From the NCBI GenBank assembly GCA_965242865.1, contig CBDETK010000013.1, positions 4,736,001 through 4,800,000 on the forward strand: a stretch of DNA of 64,000 nucleotides. The letters run 5' to 3'. Origin of the DNA: Candidatus Latescibacterota bacterium (GTDB lineage: Bacteria; Latescibacterota; UBA2968; UBA8231). Position 1 is the first letter of the stretch; every line of letters begins with the position of its first letter. The notes under the pieces were generated by a model. The model ran no database searches and had not been told where the DNA came from. It worked only from the letters and a program-made list of their open reading frames with translations. The position numbers and the translations under genes are program-made. Of this stretch, positions 9,782 through 19,145 are shown piece after piece.

Positions 9782-11426
9782 GCTGCTTTGCACCCCCCTA
9801 CACGCCCAGCCCCAATTTAGCGACCAAACCGCGGCCGCTGGCATCACTTACCGCAATGTATTCGGCGGGCCAGAGAAGCAGTACATCCTAGAATCCCACG
9901 GCAGCGGCGCGGCCTTCTTCGACCACGACTCCGACGGCGACCTCGACCTCTACATAGTCAACGGAGCCACCTTTGCCACCTACCGCGACCGCTCAGGGCC
10001 GGGCAACGCGCTCTACCGCAATCGCGGCGACGGAACTTTTGTGGAAATCACCCGAGCAGCCGGGGTCGGCCACGCCGGTTGGGGCGGGGGCGCGGCCGTG
10101 GGCGACATCGACAACGATGGCCACCCAGACCTCTACGTGACCAACTACGGGGCCAACGTGCTCTACCGCAATCGCGGCCGCGACCGCTTTGCCGATGCGA
10201 CCCGAGCAGCAGGCGTCGGCGGCGATCAATACAGCGCCAGCGCGGCCTTCTTCGACTACGACCTCGACGGCGACCTCGACCTCTACGTGGCCAACTACGT
10301 CGTCTTCGATGCCGAGCGTCGGCCAGCCAAGCCCAAGCTCTGCACCTTTTTCGGCGGCCTCCGCGTCTATTGCGGCCCCAAAGGCTTGGTCGGCGCACCG
10401 GATGTGCTCTACCGCAACGAGGGCGACGGCGCGTTTACCGACGTCACCCAAGCGTCCGGTGTAGCCGCGGCCAATCGCTATTACGGCTTGGGCGTAGTGC
10501 CGGCCGATTGCGACTCCGACGGCGACCCCGACCTCTTTGTCGCCAACGACGAGACGCCCAACGTGCTCTTCCAAAACCAAGGCGACGGCACCTTCCAAGA
10601 TGTCGCCCTCATCGCGGGTGTGGCGTACAACGGCGATGGCGACGTCGAAGCGGGCATGGGCGCGGACTTTGGCGACTACGACGGCGATGGCGACCCCGAC
10701 CTGTACGTTACCCACTTTTTTACCGAGACGAATACGCTCTACCGCAACGAGGGCGGCATGCGGTTCGCGGACGTCACGACCACGGTCGGCCTCGCCGCGC
10801 CCACCGTAGAGTTGTTGGGCTGGGGAACGCGCTTTTTCGACTACGACAACGACGGCCGCCTCGATCTCTTCGTCGCCAACGGCCACGTATATCCGCAGGT
10901 TGACCCCGCCACAACCGGCACTACGTACCGCCAGCCCAACCAACTCTTCCGCAACGAGGGCGCCGCCGGCTTCGTCCCCGTACCGGCCGGTCCGGGGCTA
11001 GCCCAAGCCAAAGTCAGCCGCGGCACCAGCTTTGGCGACTACGACGACGACGGCGATATCGACCTCTTCGTCGTCGAGCTCAACGACGCGCCGACTTTGT
11101 TGCGCAACGATGGGGGGAATGCGGGAAATTACCTCGTGGTGCAGGTCTTGGGGCGCGAAGACAACCGCGCTGGGGTCGGCACCCGCATCGGCTTGCTGGC
11201 GGCCGGCCAGCGCCAATGGCGCACGGTCAACGGCGCGGGCAGCTACCTGTCGCACAGCGACTTGCGCACTCACTTTGGCTTGGGCGCAGCCCAAACCATC
11301 GACCGCGTCGAAATCACCTTTCCCAACGGCAGCACCTACGCGGTCGAAACCGTGCCGGCGAACAAGCTCTTAGTCGTCTGCCAAGGGCAGGGCCACGCCC
11401 TCCGCGAACTAGGCGCGAAGCCTTAG
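9753..11426 (+). CDS. CRTAC1-like FG-GAP repeat / ASPIC-UnbV protein
   Basis: Many DxDxDGDxDLYV repeats; C-terminal GSYLSHSD..HFGLG; TTG 9753 gives a clean signal peptide (start uncertain). Confidence 0.9.
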   Translation: MRVSSLLCAALLCTPLHAQPQFSDQTAAAGITYRNVFGGPEKQYILESHGSGAAFFDHDSDGDLDLYIVNGATFATYRDRSGPGNALYRNRGDGTFVEITRAAGVGHAGWGGGAAVGDIDNDGHPDLYVTNYGANVLYRNRGRDRFADATRAAGVGGDQYSASAAFFDYDLDGDLDLYVANYVVFDAERRPAKPKLCTFFGGLRVYCGPKGLVGAPDVLYRNEGDGAFTDVTQASGVAAANRYYGLGVVPADCDSDGDPDLFVANDETPNVLFQNQGDGTFQDVALIAGVAYNGDGDVEAGMGADFGDYDGDGDPDLYVTHFFTETNTLYRNEGGMRFADVTTTVGLAAPTVELLGWGTRFFDYDNDGRLDLFVANGHVYPQVDPATTGTTYRQPNQLFRNEGAAGFVPVPAGPGLAQAKVSRGTSFGDYDDDGDIDLFVVELNDAPTLLRNDGGNAGNYLVVQVLGREDNRAGVGTRIGLLAAGQRQWRTVNGAGSYLSHSDLRTHFGLGAAQTIDRVEITFPNGSTYAVETVPANKLLVVCQGQGHALRELGAKP

Positions 11427-11586
11427 AAGCGTTCTTAAAACTCATATTGCTTTTGGCTCGTCTTGCCTGACGACTCGTACGGTCATTCCCGCGCAAGAAC
11501 GTCACCCCGTGCTCCGACACGGGGCGGGAATCCAGAAAAGGACCAAGCCAAGTCAGAGACCGAAACCCTAGTTTTAAGAACGCTTC
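11426..11586. mobile_element. MITE family A, copy 1 (161 bp)
   Basis: TIRs GAAGCGTTCTTAAAAC / GTTTTAAGAACGCTTC; TTA duplicated on both sides; homologous to 32453-32586. Confidence 0.85.
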
Positions 11587-11655
11587 TTAGAAGTAAGCAG
11601 GTTGCGGCTTCTGCGTTTAGGCTTTTATTTAACGACAGCAAAGAACCTACAATCA

Positions 11656-11828
11656 GGGGCGGCCCCCGTGCCTGCCCGTTAGAATCCCGTTGGGGCAGGC
11701 CCCCGTGCCTGCCCGTTAGAATCCCGTTGGGGCGGCCCCCCGTGCCTGCCCGTTAGAATCCCGTTGGGGCAGGCCCCCGTGCCTGCCCGTTAGAATCCCG
11801 TTGGGGCAGGCCCCCGTGCCTGCCCGTT
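11656..11828. repeat. Tandem array of ~5 x 36-37-bp REP-like palindromes
   Basis: GGGGCAGGCCCCCGTGCCTGCCC-GTTAGAATCCCGTT repeated with identical linkers. Confidence 0.9.
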
Positions 11829-11960
11829 ACAGCGGCAAATTTGGCACGATCGGTTGGCAAATGAACGAGACGATGGTTAAGCATTTCACATCAGGCAGGG
11901 GCCTTGCTGTGGGGCAAAACCCTGTTGGGTGCTTGGAATCGTCGTCGGATTTAATGTGTC

Positions 11961-12003
11961 GTAAGTCCTTGAAAAACAACGACTTACCCCCCCCCCCCCC
12001 CCC
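11961..12003. repeat. Hairpin followed by a C17 homopolymer
   Basis: GTAAGTC...GACTTAC inverted repeat, then 17 C (11987-12003). Confidence 0.75.
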
Positions 12004-12404
12004 GAAAATTCTCCGCTAGCACCAAGCACTAAACTCTCTACTTCTCAGCATAGGCCGACGGATTGTGCGCGGCTGTTGGGCGGCGCGGCGGTCTGGCCGC
12101 GTGGCTCCAAACCGCACACGGCCGGTCGGCCTTCGTCTGTACGCCGTGTCCTTAGGCTGGGGTCTGTCCAAAGTATCGCCCTAGGGCGAGCCCGGCCGCG
12201 CCATTCCTCTTCTTCCTCACGATACGACCCACCACTCGCCTCCTTAATGATCGGGGGCATCCTGTCCTCGTCAAAGGCGAGACGCCCTCCAGCTCGGATT
12301 CATCGAGAACAGCGGAAAAGGCGACCGCAAAGTAGGGGGCGTGTATTCGGCCCCTCTTCCAACCTCCACACCATTTCTTCCCCAACCATACAAAGGAGCA
12401 AAAA

Positions 12405-14069
12405 ATGACTTCGTTGAAATCTCTCAAAACCCTGCTTGGGTTCGTCCTTTTAGGCGTCGTCGGGGCTTGGATGGGCTGTTCGGACTCCGCGCCGGTCGCC
12501 TCTCGGCCAGCGGGCAAAGCCACCTGTTCCTTGTGCGAATTCTTGGGCGACGACACCTATACCGCTGCCGACGGGCTGCCCGCCCCGGAAAGCCCCGACA
12601 CCACCCAAACCGACGCCGATAGCACTCAGACCGACGCTGACGCCGACAGCACCCAATCGGCGGTCGTGGAGTTCGCCGACGCCAATCTGGAGCGATGTGT
12701 GCGGGAAGCGTTAGATCGCCCGTCAGGGCCTCTGACCCCGACAGACCTAGCGGCCCTGACCGAACTCGACGCGAGCTATAAAAACATTGAGAGCGTGGCC
12801 GGCCTCGAACACGCGACGGCGCTGCACACGCTGTATCTGCGGGACAACGCGATTACCGACGTGAGTCCCTTGGCCAGTCTGACCAATCTGCACACGCTGT
12901 CGCTGTGGGGGAACAAGGTGGCGGACGTCAGTCCGCTGGCCAGCCTGATCCGCTTGCGCAAGCTGGATCTGTGGGGCAACGCGATTACCGACGTGCAGCC
13001 GTTAGCCGGCCTAACGAACCTGCAATGGCTCCAGCTAGGAGACAACGAGATTGAGGATGTGAGTCCGTTGGTGAGCCTGACCAACCTGCACACGCTGAGC
13101 GTGGTAGAAAACGCCCTCAGCCAGCACGCGGTCAACCAACAACTCGCCGCCGTGATAGAAAGCGGCCTCAGCGTCCAAGCGGTGATCGAAAAGTTCCCCC
13201 CCGTCGAAACCGTCCCAGTCGATCCTGAGCCGGAGATACCGATACCACAAGTGATCTCCATATACTGGACGGACACGGGCACGGATAAAATTCAGCGGGC
13301 CAACCCGGATGGCTCAGAGGTCACAGACCTCGTCACCGACACCGAGGGATTGTTGAGGCCAAGGTTTATCGCGCTGGATATGAGGCGTAGAAAGATGTAC
13401 TGGACGGACGCGGACGCGGATACGATTAAGCGGGCTAGCTTGGATGGATCAAGCATCGAAAACCTCGTCACCACGGCCGAGGGATTGGATCGTACAGGGG
13501 GCATCGCGCTGGATGTGGGGCGCGGAAAGATGTACTGGACGGACTATGGCACGGATAAAATTCAGCGGGCTAACTTGGATGGCTCAGAGGTCACAGACCT
13601 CGTCACCGACACCGAGGGATTGGCAACGCCATGGGGCATCGCGCTGGATCTGCAGGGCGGAAAGATGTACTGGACGGACAGTGGCACGGATAAAATTCAG
13701 CGCGCTGACTTGGATGGATCAAACATCGAAAACCTCGTCACCACGGCCGACACGCCCATAGTGACGCCATGGGGTCTCGCGCTGGATGTGGGGCGCGGAA
13801 AGATGTACTGGACGGACACGGGCACTTCGCCGAGTAGGATTAATCGGGCCAACTTGGATGGCTCTAGTGTCGAAGTCCTCCTCACCACGGGATTGACTAA
13901 TCCAGCGGGCATCGCGCTGGATGTGGTGGGCAAAAAGATGTACTGGACAGACTGGGGCACGGATAAAATTGAGCGGGCCAACTTGGATGGCACCACAGGC
14001 CGCGAAGAACTCGTCACCGCCGCCGATGGATTGAGTTGGCCAGAGGGCATCGCGCTGGAAATTCGGTAG
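12405..14069 (+). CDS. Surface lipoprotein with internalin-like LRRs and LDL-receptor class B (YWTD) repeats
   Basis: WMGC lipobox; 22-aa LxxLxLxxNxIxDxxPL repeats; six YWTD repeats; AAGGAG RBS. Confidence 0.9.
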   Translation: MTSLKSLKTLLGFVLLGVVGAWMGCSDSAPVASRPAGKATCSLCEFLGDDTYTAADGLPAPESPDTTQTDADSTQTDADADSTQSAVVEFADANLERCVREALDRPSGPLTPTDLAALTELDASYKNIESVAGLEHATALHTLYLRDNAITDVSPLASLTNLHTLSLWGNKVADVSPLASLIRLRKLDLWGNAITDVQPLAGLTNLQWLQLGDNEIEDVSPLVSLTNLHTLSVVENALSQHAVNQQLAAVIESGLSVQAVIEKFPPVETVPVDPEPEIPIPQVISIYWTDTGTDKIQRANPDGSEVTDLVTDTEGLLRPRFIALDMRRRKMYWTDADADTIKRASLDGSSIENLVTTAEGLDRTGGIALDVGRGKMYWTDYGTDKIQRANLDGSEVTDLVTDTEGLATPWGIALDLQGGKMYWTDSGTDKIQRADLDGSNIENLVTTADTPIVTPWGLALDVGRGKMYWTDTGTSPSRINRANLDGSSVEVLLTTGLTNPAGIALDVVGKKMYWTDWGTDKIERANLDGTTGREELVTAADGLSWPEGIALEIR

Positions 14070-14206
14070 GCATGGAGGTTCACCTGCCCGGCTTGCATAG
14101 CGTTGAGGCGACGCGGCAGAACGGGCTAAGGAGCCGAGCAGCCCGCCTCTACGGCTTGTTCAACATGCCCCAAGGTAGAATTTGCGGAGCAGACCGCTTC
14201 TAAGGG

Positions 14207-14255
14207 CCGCCCCCCTTAGCTTCCTGCTGTTGCGGCAAGGGAGCTAAGGGGGCGG
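14207..14255. terminator. GC-rich hairpin between convergent genes
   Basis: CCGCCCCCCTTAGCTTCC...GGGAGCTAAGGGGGCGG. Confidence 0.55.
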
Positions 14256-14264
14256 TAATTCTGC

Positions 14265-16397
14265 TTAATCTCCTTCTGCTGCTTCGACGACTTCTATCTC
14301 CAGGGTTTGCATCCCTTCGAGCAATAAATCGACATCCTCCTGCGTAGAAATAGGCTCCGGGGGCAGGTAGTCGTCCCAACTTCCCACAAGCACTTCCTCG
14401 CCTTCGGTCTCTTCCTCGCCTTCCGCCTCTTCCTCGCCTTCAAACTCCCCCTCCTCGCCTTCCGGCGGGTCGGGGGGTGAGACAAACGTCAAGCGAGCTT
14501 TTAAGAGGACGTTTTCGTCGGGTTTGTTTAGGCGGGCAAAAACATCGTCGAGCGTTTCGTCGTCGCCAAAATCGTCAAAGCCCCACTCCAAATCATCGGC
14601 CCCTAAAGAGGCGGCGGACCCCACTCCGAGTTGGTAAAAGCCCGGGGGCAGCGTGTCCGGTATGCTGAGGGCCAGCTCGACTTCTTGGTTGTGGCGGCGT
14701 CCCACGCGCAGGGAAGTGGTAATCGCCAGCGTGTTGCCGAGACTGACGACCGTGTCGGCCGCAACCTTTGTCACGGTGGCAAAACGAGTCTCGGGAATCA
14801 CTTCGACATGCACCTCGGCCGCGCGCACCTGTACGGCGTAATCGTTCCGCGTCATAAGCTCCGCGAGTGCGAGGTACACGTCGTCGTAAGCACTGTAAGT
14901 CGAGGCCAAAAGCCGTCCGCCCGGCGAGGAGTAGAGCCGGGAACGAGCGAGCGTTGAATCGGTGCCGGCAAAAGAAATATCCGTGGCAACGCGGATGCTG
15001 TGCTCAGGATCGTTGTCGATCCGGGCGATCAAGGGAGAGAAAAAGGCGCGGGCGACCAGCCCGAGCGAGGTATATGGGCCGATACTGACGGCCATCCGGT
15101 GCGCGAGTTCGAGTTCGCGGCCCGCTGGAAACGCATAGACGCTCTTAATCGGCACTAAGGCCGGCTCCGCGCCCAACACGCCGCGCACCGCCGGCCGCCG
15201 GTCTTCGGTCAGAGTGCCCCGCACCGTTGGATTCATCGCCACGTATTTGAACGGGGCGAACAAGTTGGAGATTTCGCCGAGTACCCGGGATTCGATGATG
15301 GGAAGCTCGACCGGACCCGCACTAGACATGGAGTGCCCAAACCCGTATATCCGGTTGCCATCCACGTACGATATGGTGCCGAACGAACCCAGCGTAAGCT
15401 CCCCGAGCAGCAACCCCACGGTCAGGGGCCGACCGGCCTCAAAGCTCGCTTGGCGTTCTTGGGTTATACCAGCGGCACTGGCTTGGCTCAGGATCGACGG
15501 CCTCCCGTCGGGCAGCGCATGCACGCCATTGAGGCCCGTGCTCAGCAAGGGAATCTCCAAGGGGATTATGCGGTTCCCCGCCCACGTGGCCGCGGGTTTG
15601 GCCGCCGGCGCGGTTCCTTGCGTGCCGATGACCCATTCTATGGGGGTGGCAAAAGCGTAGTACGGCGGGCTGTCTTGGCTATCAAAGCTATAAGCAACGG
15701 CCCCCCAAGTGCCCTGCTCGGTAAAAACGGGCGAACCGCTCATCCCCGCAGCAATGCCCCCGAGCTGGATCAAAACGGGATCAGAGGCTTCTAACATGTA
15801 AACCGGCATGGGCGCCAAGAAATCATCGACCACTTGGACGAAGGTCATTTCGAGATCGACCAGCTCGCCGTGGGCAAATTCAGTGCGTAGGAATACGGGC
15901 GTCCCCACGGGCAGGGCGCGGATTTCGTCCACCGAGACAATGGGCGACAGCTCCCAAGGCTTTAACTCCCCGGTTGGGCGCACTGGCATCTGCAGCGAAT
16001 GGGTCGCTGTCAGCATGGAGTCGGCCGCGGCGAGCATGGTATGGGCCGCGGCGAGCAGGGCGTCGGCATCGGCGGCAATCGTAGAGTCCGCGTCGGCTGC
16101 GACCATGGCGTTGGCCGCTGTCTGCATGGAATTAGCGGTGGCCATCATGTCATTGGCCGCGGCGAGCAGGGCGTCGGCATCGGCGGCAATCGTAGAGTCC
16201 GCGTCGGCTGCGACCATGGCATTGGCCGCTGTTCGCATGGAATCGGCCGTGGCCAGCATGGTATTGGCGGTGGTTAGCATGGCGTCGGCCGTGGCCAGCA
16301 TGGAATCGACAGCCGCGGCCGTTGGGGCCGGATCGCTGTCATCTCCACAGCTCCACAGACCAACGACGAGGGCGAATGGGGCTAAACGGATTAGCAT
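14265..16397 (-). CDS. SpoIVB/peptidase S55-domain lipoprotein with Ala/Met-rich N-terminal repeats
   Basis: GGIAAGMSGSPV motif, GAVAY, FGH; LWSC lipobox; 111-bp internal repeat. Confidence 0.8.
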   Translation of the reverse strand: MLIRLAPFALVVGLWSCGDDSDPAPTAAAVDSMLATADAMLTTANTMLATADSMRTAANAMVAADADSTIAADADALLAAANDMMATANSMQTAANAMVAADADSTIAADADALLAAAHTMLAAADSMLTATHSLQMPVRPTGELKPWELSPIVSVDEIRALPVGTPVFLRTEFAHGELVDLEMTFVQVVDDFLAPMPVYMLEASDPVLIQLGGIAAGMSGSPVFTEQGTWGAVAYSFDSQDSPPYYAFATPIEWVIGTQGTAPAAKPAATWAGNRIIPLEIPLLSTGLNGVHALPDGRPSILSQASAAGITQERQASFEAGRPLTVGLLLGELTLGSFGTISYVDGNRIYGFGHSMSSAGPVELPIIESRVLGEISNLFAPFKYVAMNPTVRGTLTEDRRPAVRGVLGAEPALVPIKSVYAFPAGRELELAHRMAVSIGPYTSLGLVARAFFSPLIARIDNDPEHSIRVATDISFAGTDSTLARSRLYSSPGGRLLASTYSAYDDVYLALAELMTRNDYAVQVRAAEVHVEVIPETRFATVTKVAADTVVSLGNTLAITTSLRVGRRHNQEVELALSIPDTLPPGFYQLGVGSAASLGADDLEWGFDDFGDDETLDDVFARLNKPDENVLLKARLTFVSPPDPPEGEEGEFEGEEEAEGEEETEGEEVLVGSWDDYLPPEPISTQEDVDLLLEGMQTLEIEVVEAAEGD

Positions 16398-16498
16398 AAT
16401 GCGGGTTCTCCTAAGTTAGGTGTATGCGGTGTTCTCGCGCTCGGCCTTGTAACCCCAAACGAGCCAAAAAATGCACAAAAGGCACAATTTGTATGACC

Positions 16499-17263
16499 TC
16501 AGACGCAGCCTGGGTGCGCTCGGCCTCGCAACAGGGGGTATTCGGGCTTGGCCTCGGGGCGGCCCGTCCAGTGCGAGCGCGCGCTCATGTAGTGAGTGGC
16601 CATGCCGCGGCGGCGCGTGGTGGTTTGGTTGGGACCGGAGCGGTGCAGGAGCAGGCTGTGGTGGAAGGAGCAGTCGCCCGCTTGCAGCAGGATGGGCCGC
16701 TCGCGCTGGCGGTTGATGGCTGCGTCGGGCACTTTTTTGTCTTGCCGCGAGCCGACCATCCACACCTCGCTGTGGTCAACCAACCCCTCGCGGTGGCTGC
16801 CCGGCACGACCCACAAGCAGCCGTTTTCAAGGGTAACATCGTCTAAGGCGACCCAAGCGGTAGCCAAGGCCATCGGCTCAATGTGGAAGTACGCGGAGTC
16901 TTGGTGATAGGTTTTTTCGATGCCGCCCGGTCCTTTAATAAAAACTTGGTCGCCGAAGAGCTTGACGTCTGGGCCGAGTAGGTCGACGGCTGCGGTGAGG
17001 AGGGGTTCCCGCGCGGCGTGGTCGCGGAAGAAGGCGTCGCATTGGGACGGGCCGTTGATCTTGCGCAAGTGATCGATGTGGCGTTGCCGGGGCGCGTTGG
17101 GGTCGAACTCGAGGCGCGCCTCGGGAAAGGGCCGGACGCCCGCGGCGATCCCTTCGAGGTGGACGCGGAGGGCACGCACGTCTTCTGCGGCGAGGGCGTT
17201 TCTCAAGATGGTGTACCCGTCTTGCTGGTACTGGACGATTTGTTTCGGGCTAAGTGCAGACAT
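16499..17263 (-). CDS. Phytanoyl-CoA dioxygenase (PhyH) family
   Basis: YHQD, WVALDD..ENGCL..VPGSH, FHH..LLHRSG.N motifs. Confidence 0.9.
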   Translation of the reverse strand: MSALSPKQIVQYQQDGYTILRNALAAEDVRALRVHLEGIAAGVRPFPEARLEFDPNAPRQRHIDHLRKINGPSQCDAFFRDHAAREPLLTAAVDLLGPDVKLFGDQVFIKGPGGIEKTYHQDSAYFHIEPMALATAWVALDDVTLENGCLWVVPGSHREGLVDHSEVWMVGSRQDKKVPDAAINRQRERPILLQAGDCSFHHSLLLHRSGPNQTTTRRRGMATHYMSARSHWTGRPEAKPEYPLLRGRAHPGCV

Positions 17264-17556
17264 GGCTTGCTCCAATTAGGGGATCTCGGCCGGCTTAACA
17301 TGGCTCTAGCTCAATTGTCGTATCAGCGATACGACAATCTCCCTATCCGGGAAACATTCGGCAAAACGGATCATTTCTTCAATTTCCTTCCGTCTCCCGC
17401 CCGGCGCATCAATGTCGGCGGCTTGAGTATATAAAATGGACTAAAAGCACAAGCGCAATGGCCGCGGCCCCGAGGAGTTGACGCGGCGGCTGTTCGCACC
17501 CATTCTTCTCGGGTCGCACACCATTCACCGCCCACCCCTCACCGCTCGCCACGGCC

Positions 17557-18651
17557 ATGTCCCCAACCGAATACGCCGTTGAAGTCGCGTCCTCCACGGA
17601 GGTTTCGCTGATCGACTGCGACGTCCACAACTATCCAAATTCCATCGACGACCTCATGCCCTTTTTGTCGGCGCGCTGGCAGGTGTACGTGCGGCAATCC
17701 GGGTTTAGCGGCCCGCCCGGGCCGATTTATCCCAAGGGGTTTGCCCAAGCCGCGCGGCGCGATGCTTGGCCGCCTTCGGGCCTGCGGCCGGGGGGCGATC
17801 CCGGGTTTGCACGCACCCAGTTGCTCGACGCTTGGGGCATTGACGTGGCCGTGCTCAATCCGCTCTACGGCATGACGGCCCTGCACAACCTCGACTTTGC
17901 CAACGCGCTGATGCGAGCGGTCAACGAGTGGACCGCGCACACTTGGCTCGACCACGACCCGCGCTGGCGCGGCTCCATTGTGGTCAATGCCAACGACCCG
18001 GCGCAGGCGGCCGCAGAAATCGAGCGGGCCGCGGCCGACCCGCGCTTTGTGCAGGTGCTGCTCTTGGTGCGGTCGAGTGCGCCCTATGGCAAACGGCAGT
18101 TTAGGCCGATTTTTGCCGCGGCCTGCGAGGCCGGTCTGCCGGTGGGGATCCACTTCGGCGGCAGCGGCCAGCCGATCACGGCCTGCGGCTGGCCTTCCTA
18201 TTATATCGAAGATCACACGGCCATGGCGCAAGCCTTTGAGGCGCAAGTCATCAGCCTCGTTTGCGAGGGGGTGTTCTGCGAATTTCCCGCGCTGCGCGTC
18301 GCGCTGATTGAGGGGGGATTCGCGTGGCTGCCCGGGCTGATGTGGCGGCTGGACAAAAACTACCGCGGCTTGCGCAGCGAGGTGCCGTGGCTGAAGAAGC
18401 GGCCCAGCGAGTACATCCGCGCCCACTGCCGCGCCACGACCCAGCCCATGGAAGAGCCAGACGACCCCCGGCACTTATTGCACATCATCGACATGATCGG
18501 TTGCGAGGATTTCCTGATGTTCGCCACGGATTATCCGCATTGGGACTTTGACTCGCCGGCCCGCGCGCTGCCGCCGGTGCTCGACGATGCGCTACGCCGG
18601 GGCATCATGGCCGATAATGCCGAGGCATGGTATGGGTTTGCAGCGCGTTGA
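17557..18651 (+). CDS. Amidohydrolase-2 family protein
   Basis: [31 protein letters not shown] motifs. Confidence 0.9.
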   Translation: MSPTEYAVEVASSTEVSLIDCDVHNYPNSIDDLMPFLSARWQVYVRQSGFSGPPGPIYPKGFAQAARRDAWPPSGLRPGGDPGFARTQLLDAWGIDVAVLNPLYGMTALHNLDFANALMRAVNEWTAHTWLDHDPRWRGSIVVNANDPAQAAAEIERAAADPRFVQVLLLVRSSAPYGKRQFRPIFAAACEAGLPVGIHFGGSGQPITACGWPSYYIEDHTAMAQAFEAQVISLVCEGVFCEFPALRVALIEGGFAWLPGLMWRLDKNYRGLRSEVPWLKKRPSEYIRAHCRATTQPMEEPDDPRHLLHIIDMIGCEDFLMFATDYPHWDFDSPARALPPVLDDALRRGIMADNAEAWYGFAAR

Positions 18652-19003
18652 CTTGGGGCCGGTTGCGGCCTTTGCCGACGGCGCGGTCCGCCGGGTCGAG
18701 GTTGCGGGGAGGGGCTTGGCCATAGTGCGGCAGGGGGATGCTTGGTACGCGCTCCGCGATGTGTGCCCGCACCAAGGGGCGCGCCTGTCCGATGGGCGGG
18801 TCGGGGGCACAGCGCTGGCGCCGCGTCCGGGGGCCGAGATCGTCTTGGGGCGCGTGGGCGAGATTTTGAGTTGCCCGTGGCACGGCTGGGAATACGACGT
18901 GTGTACGGGCCGCTCGCTCTGCGAGCCTGAGCGGGTGCGGGTGCGGACCTATCCGGTGCGGGTGGAGGATGGGCGGGTGGTCGTGGAGGTGGAGGTGGAC
19001 TAA
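18632..19003 (+). CDS. Rieske 2Fe-2S ferredoxin
   Basis: CPHQG...CPWHGWEYD; ATG 18632 overlaps the upstream gene end. Confidence 0.9.
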   Translation: MGLQRVDLGPVAAFADGAVRRVEVAGRGLAIVRQGDAWYALRDVCPHQGARLSDGRVGGTALAPRPGAEIVLGRVGEILSCPWHGWEYDVCTGRSLCEPERVRVRTYPVRVEDGRVVVEVEVD

Positions 19004-19143
19004 GGGGATGGCCACAAGAGGCACAAGGGGCACAAGAGGATCGGCCCTAGCAGCAGGTTAGGAGCAGGGGGTGGCCACAAGAGGCACAAAGGGCACAAGA
19101 GGCGGCGGCCCCAGCAGGTTTAGGAGCAGGGGGTGGCCACGAG
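19004..19143. repeat. Tandem GGCCACAAGAGGCACAAAGGGCACAAGAGG repeats
   Basis: ~63-bp period; related copies at ~8696-8724 (reverse) and ~16465-16487. Confidence 0.75.
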
Positions 19144-19145
19144 AT

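Noticed and set aside
11656-11828. 37-bp periodic palindromic repeat as a CRISPR array
   Set aside because: The linkers are identical, so there are no unique spacers; it is a REP-like tandem.
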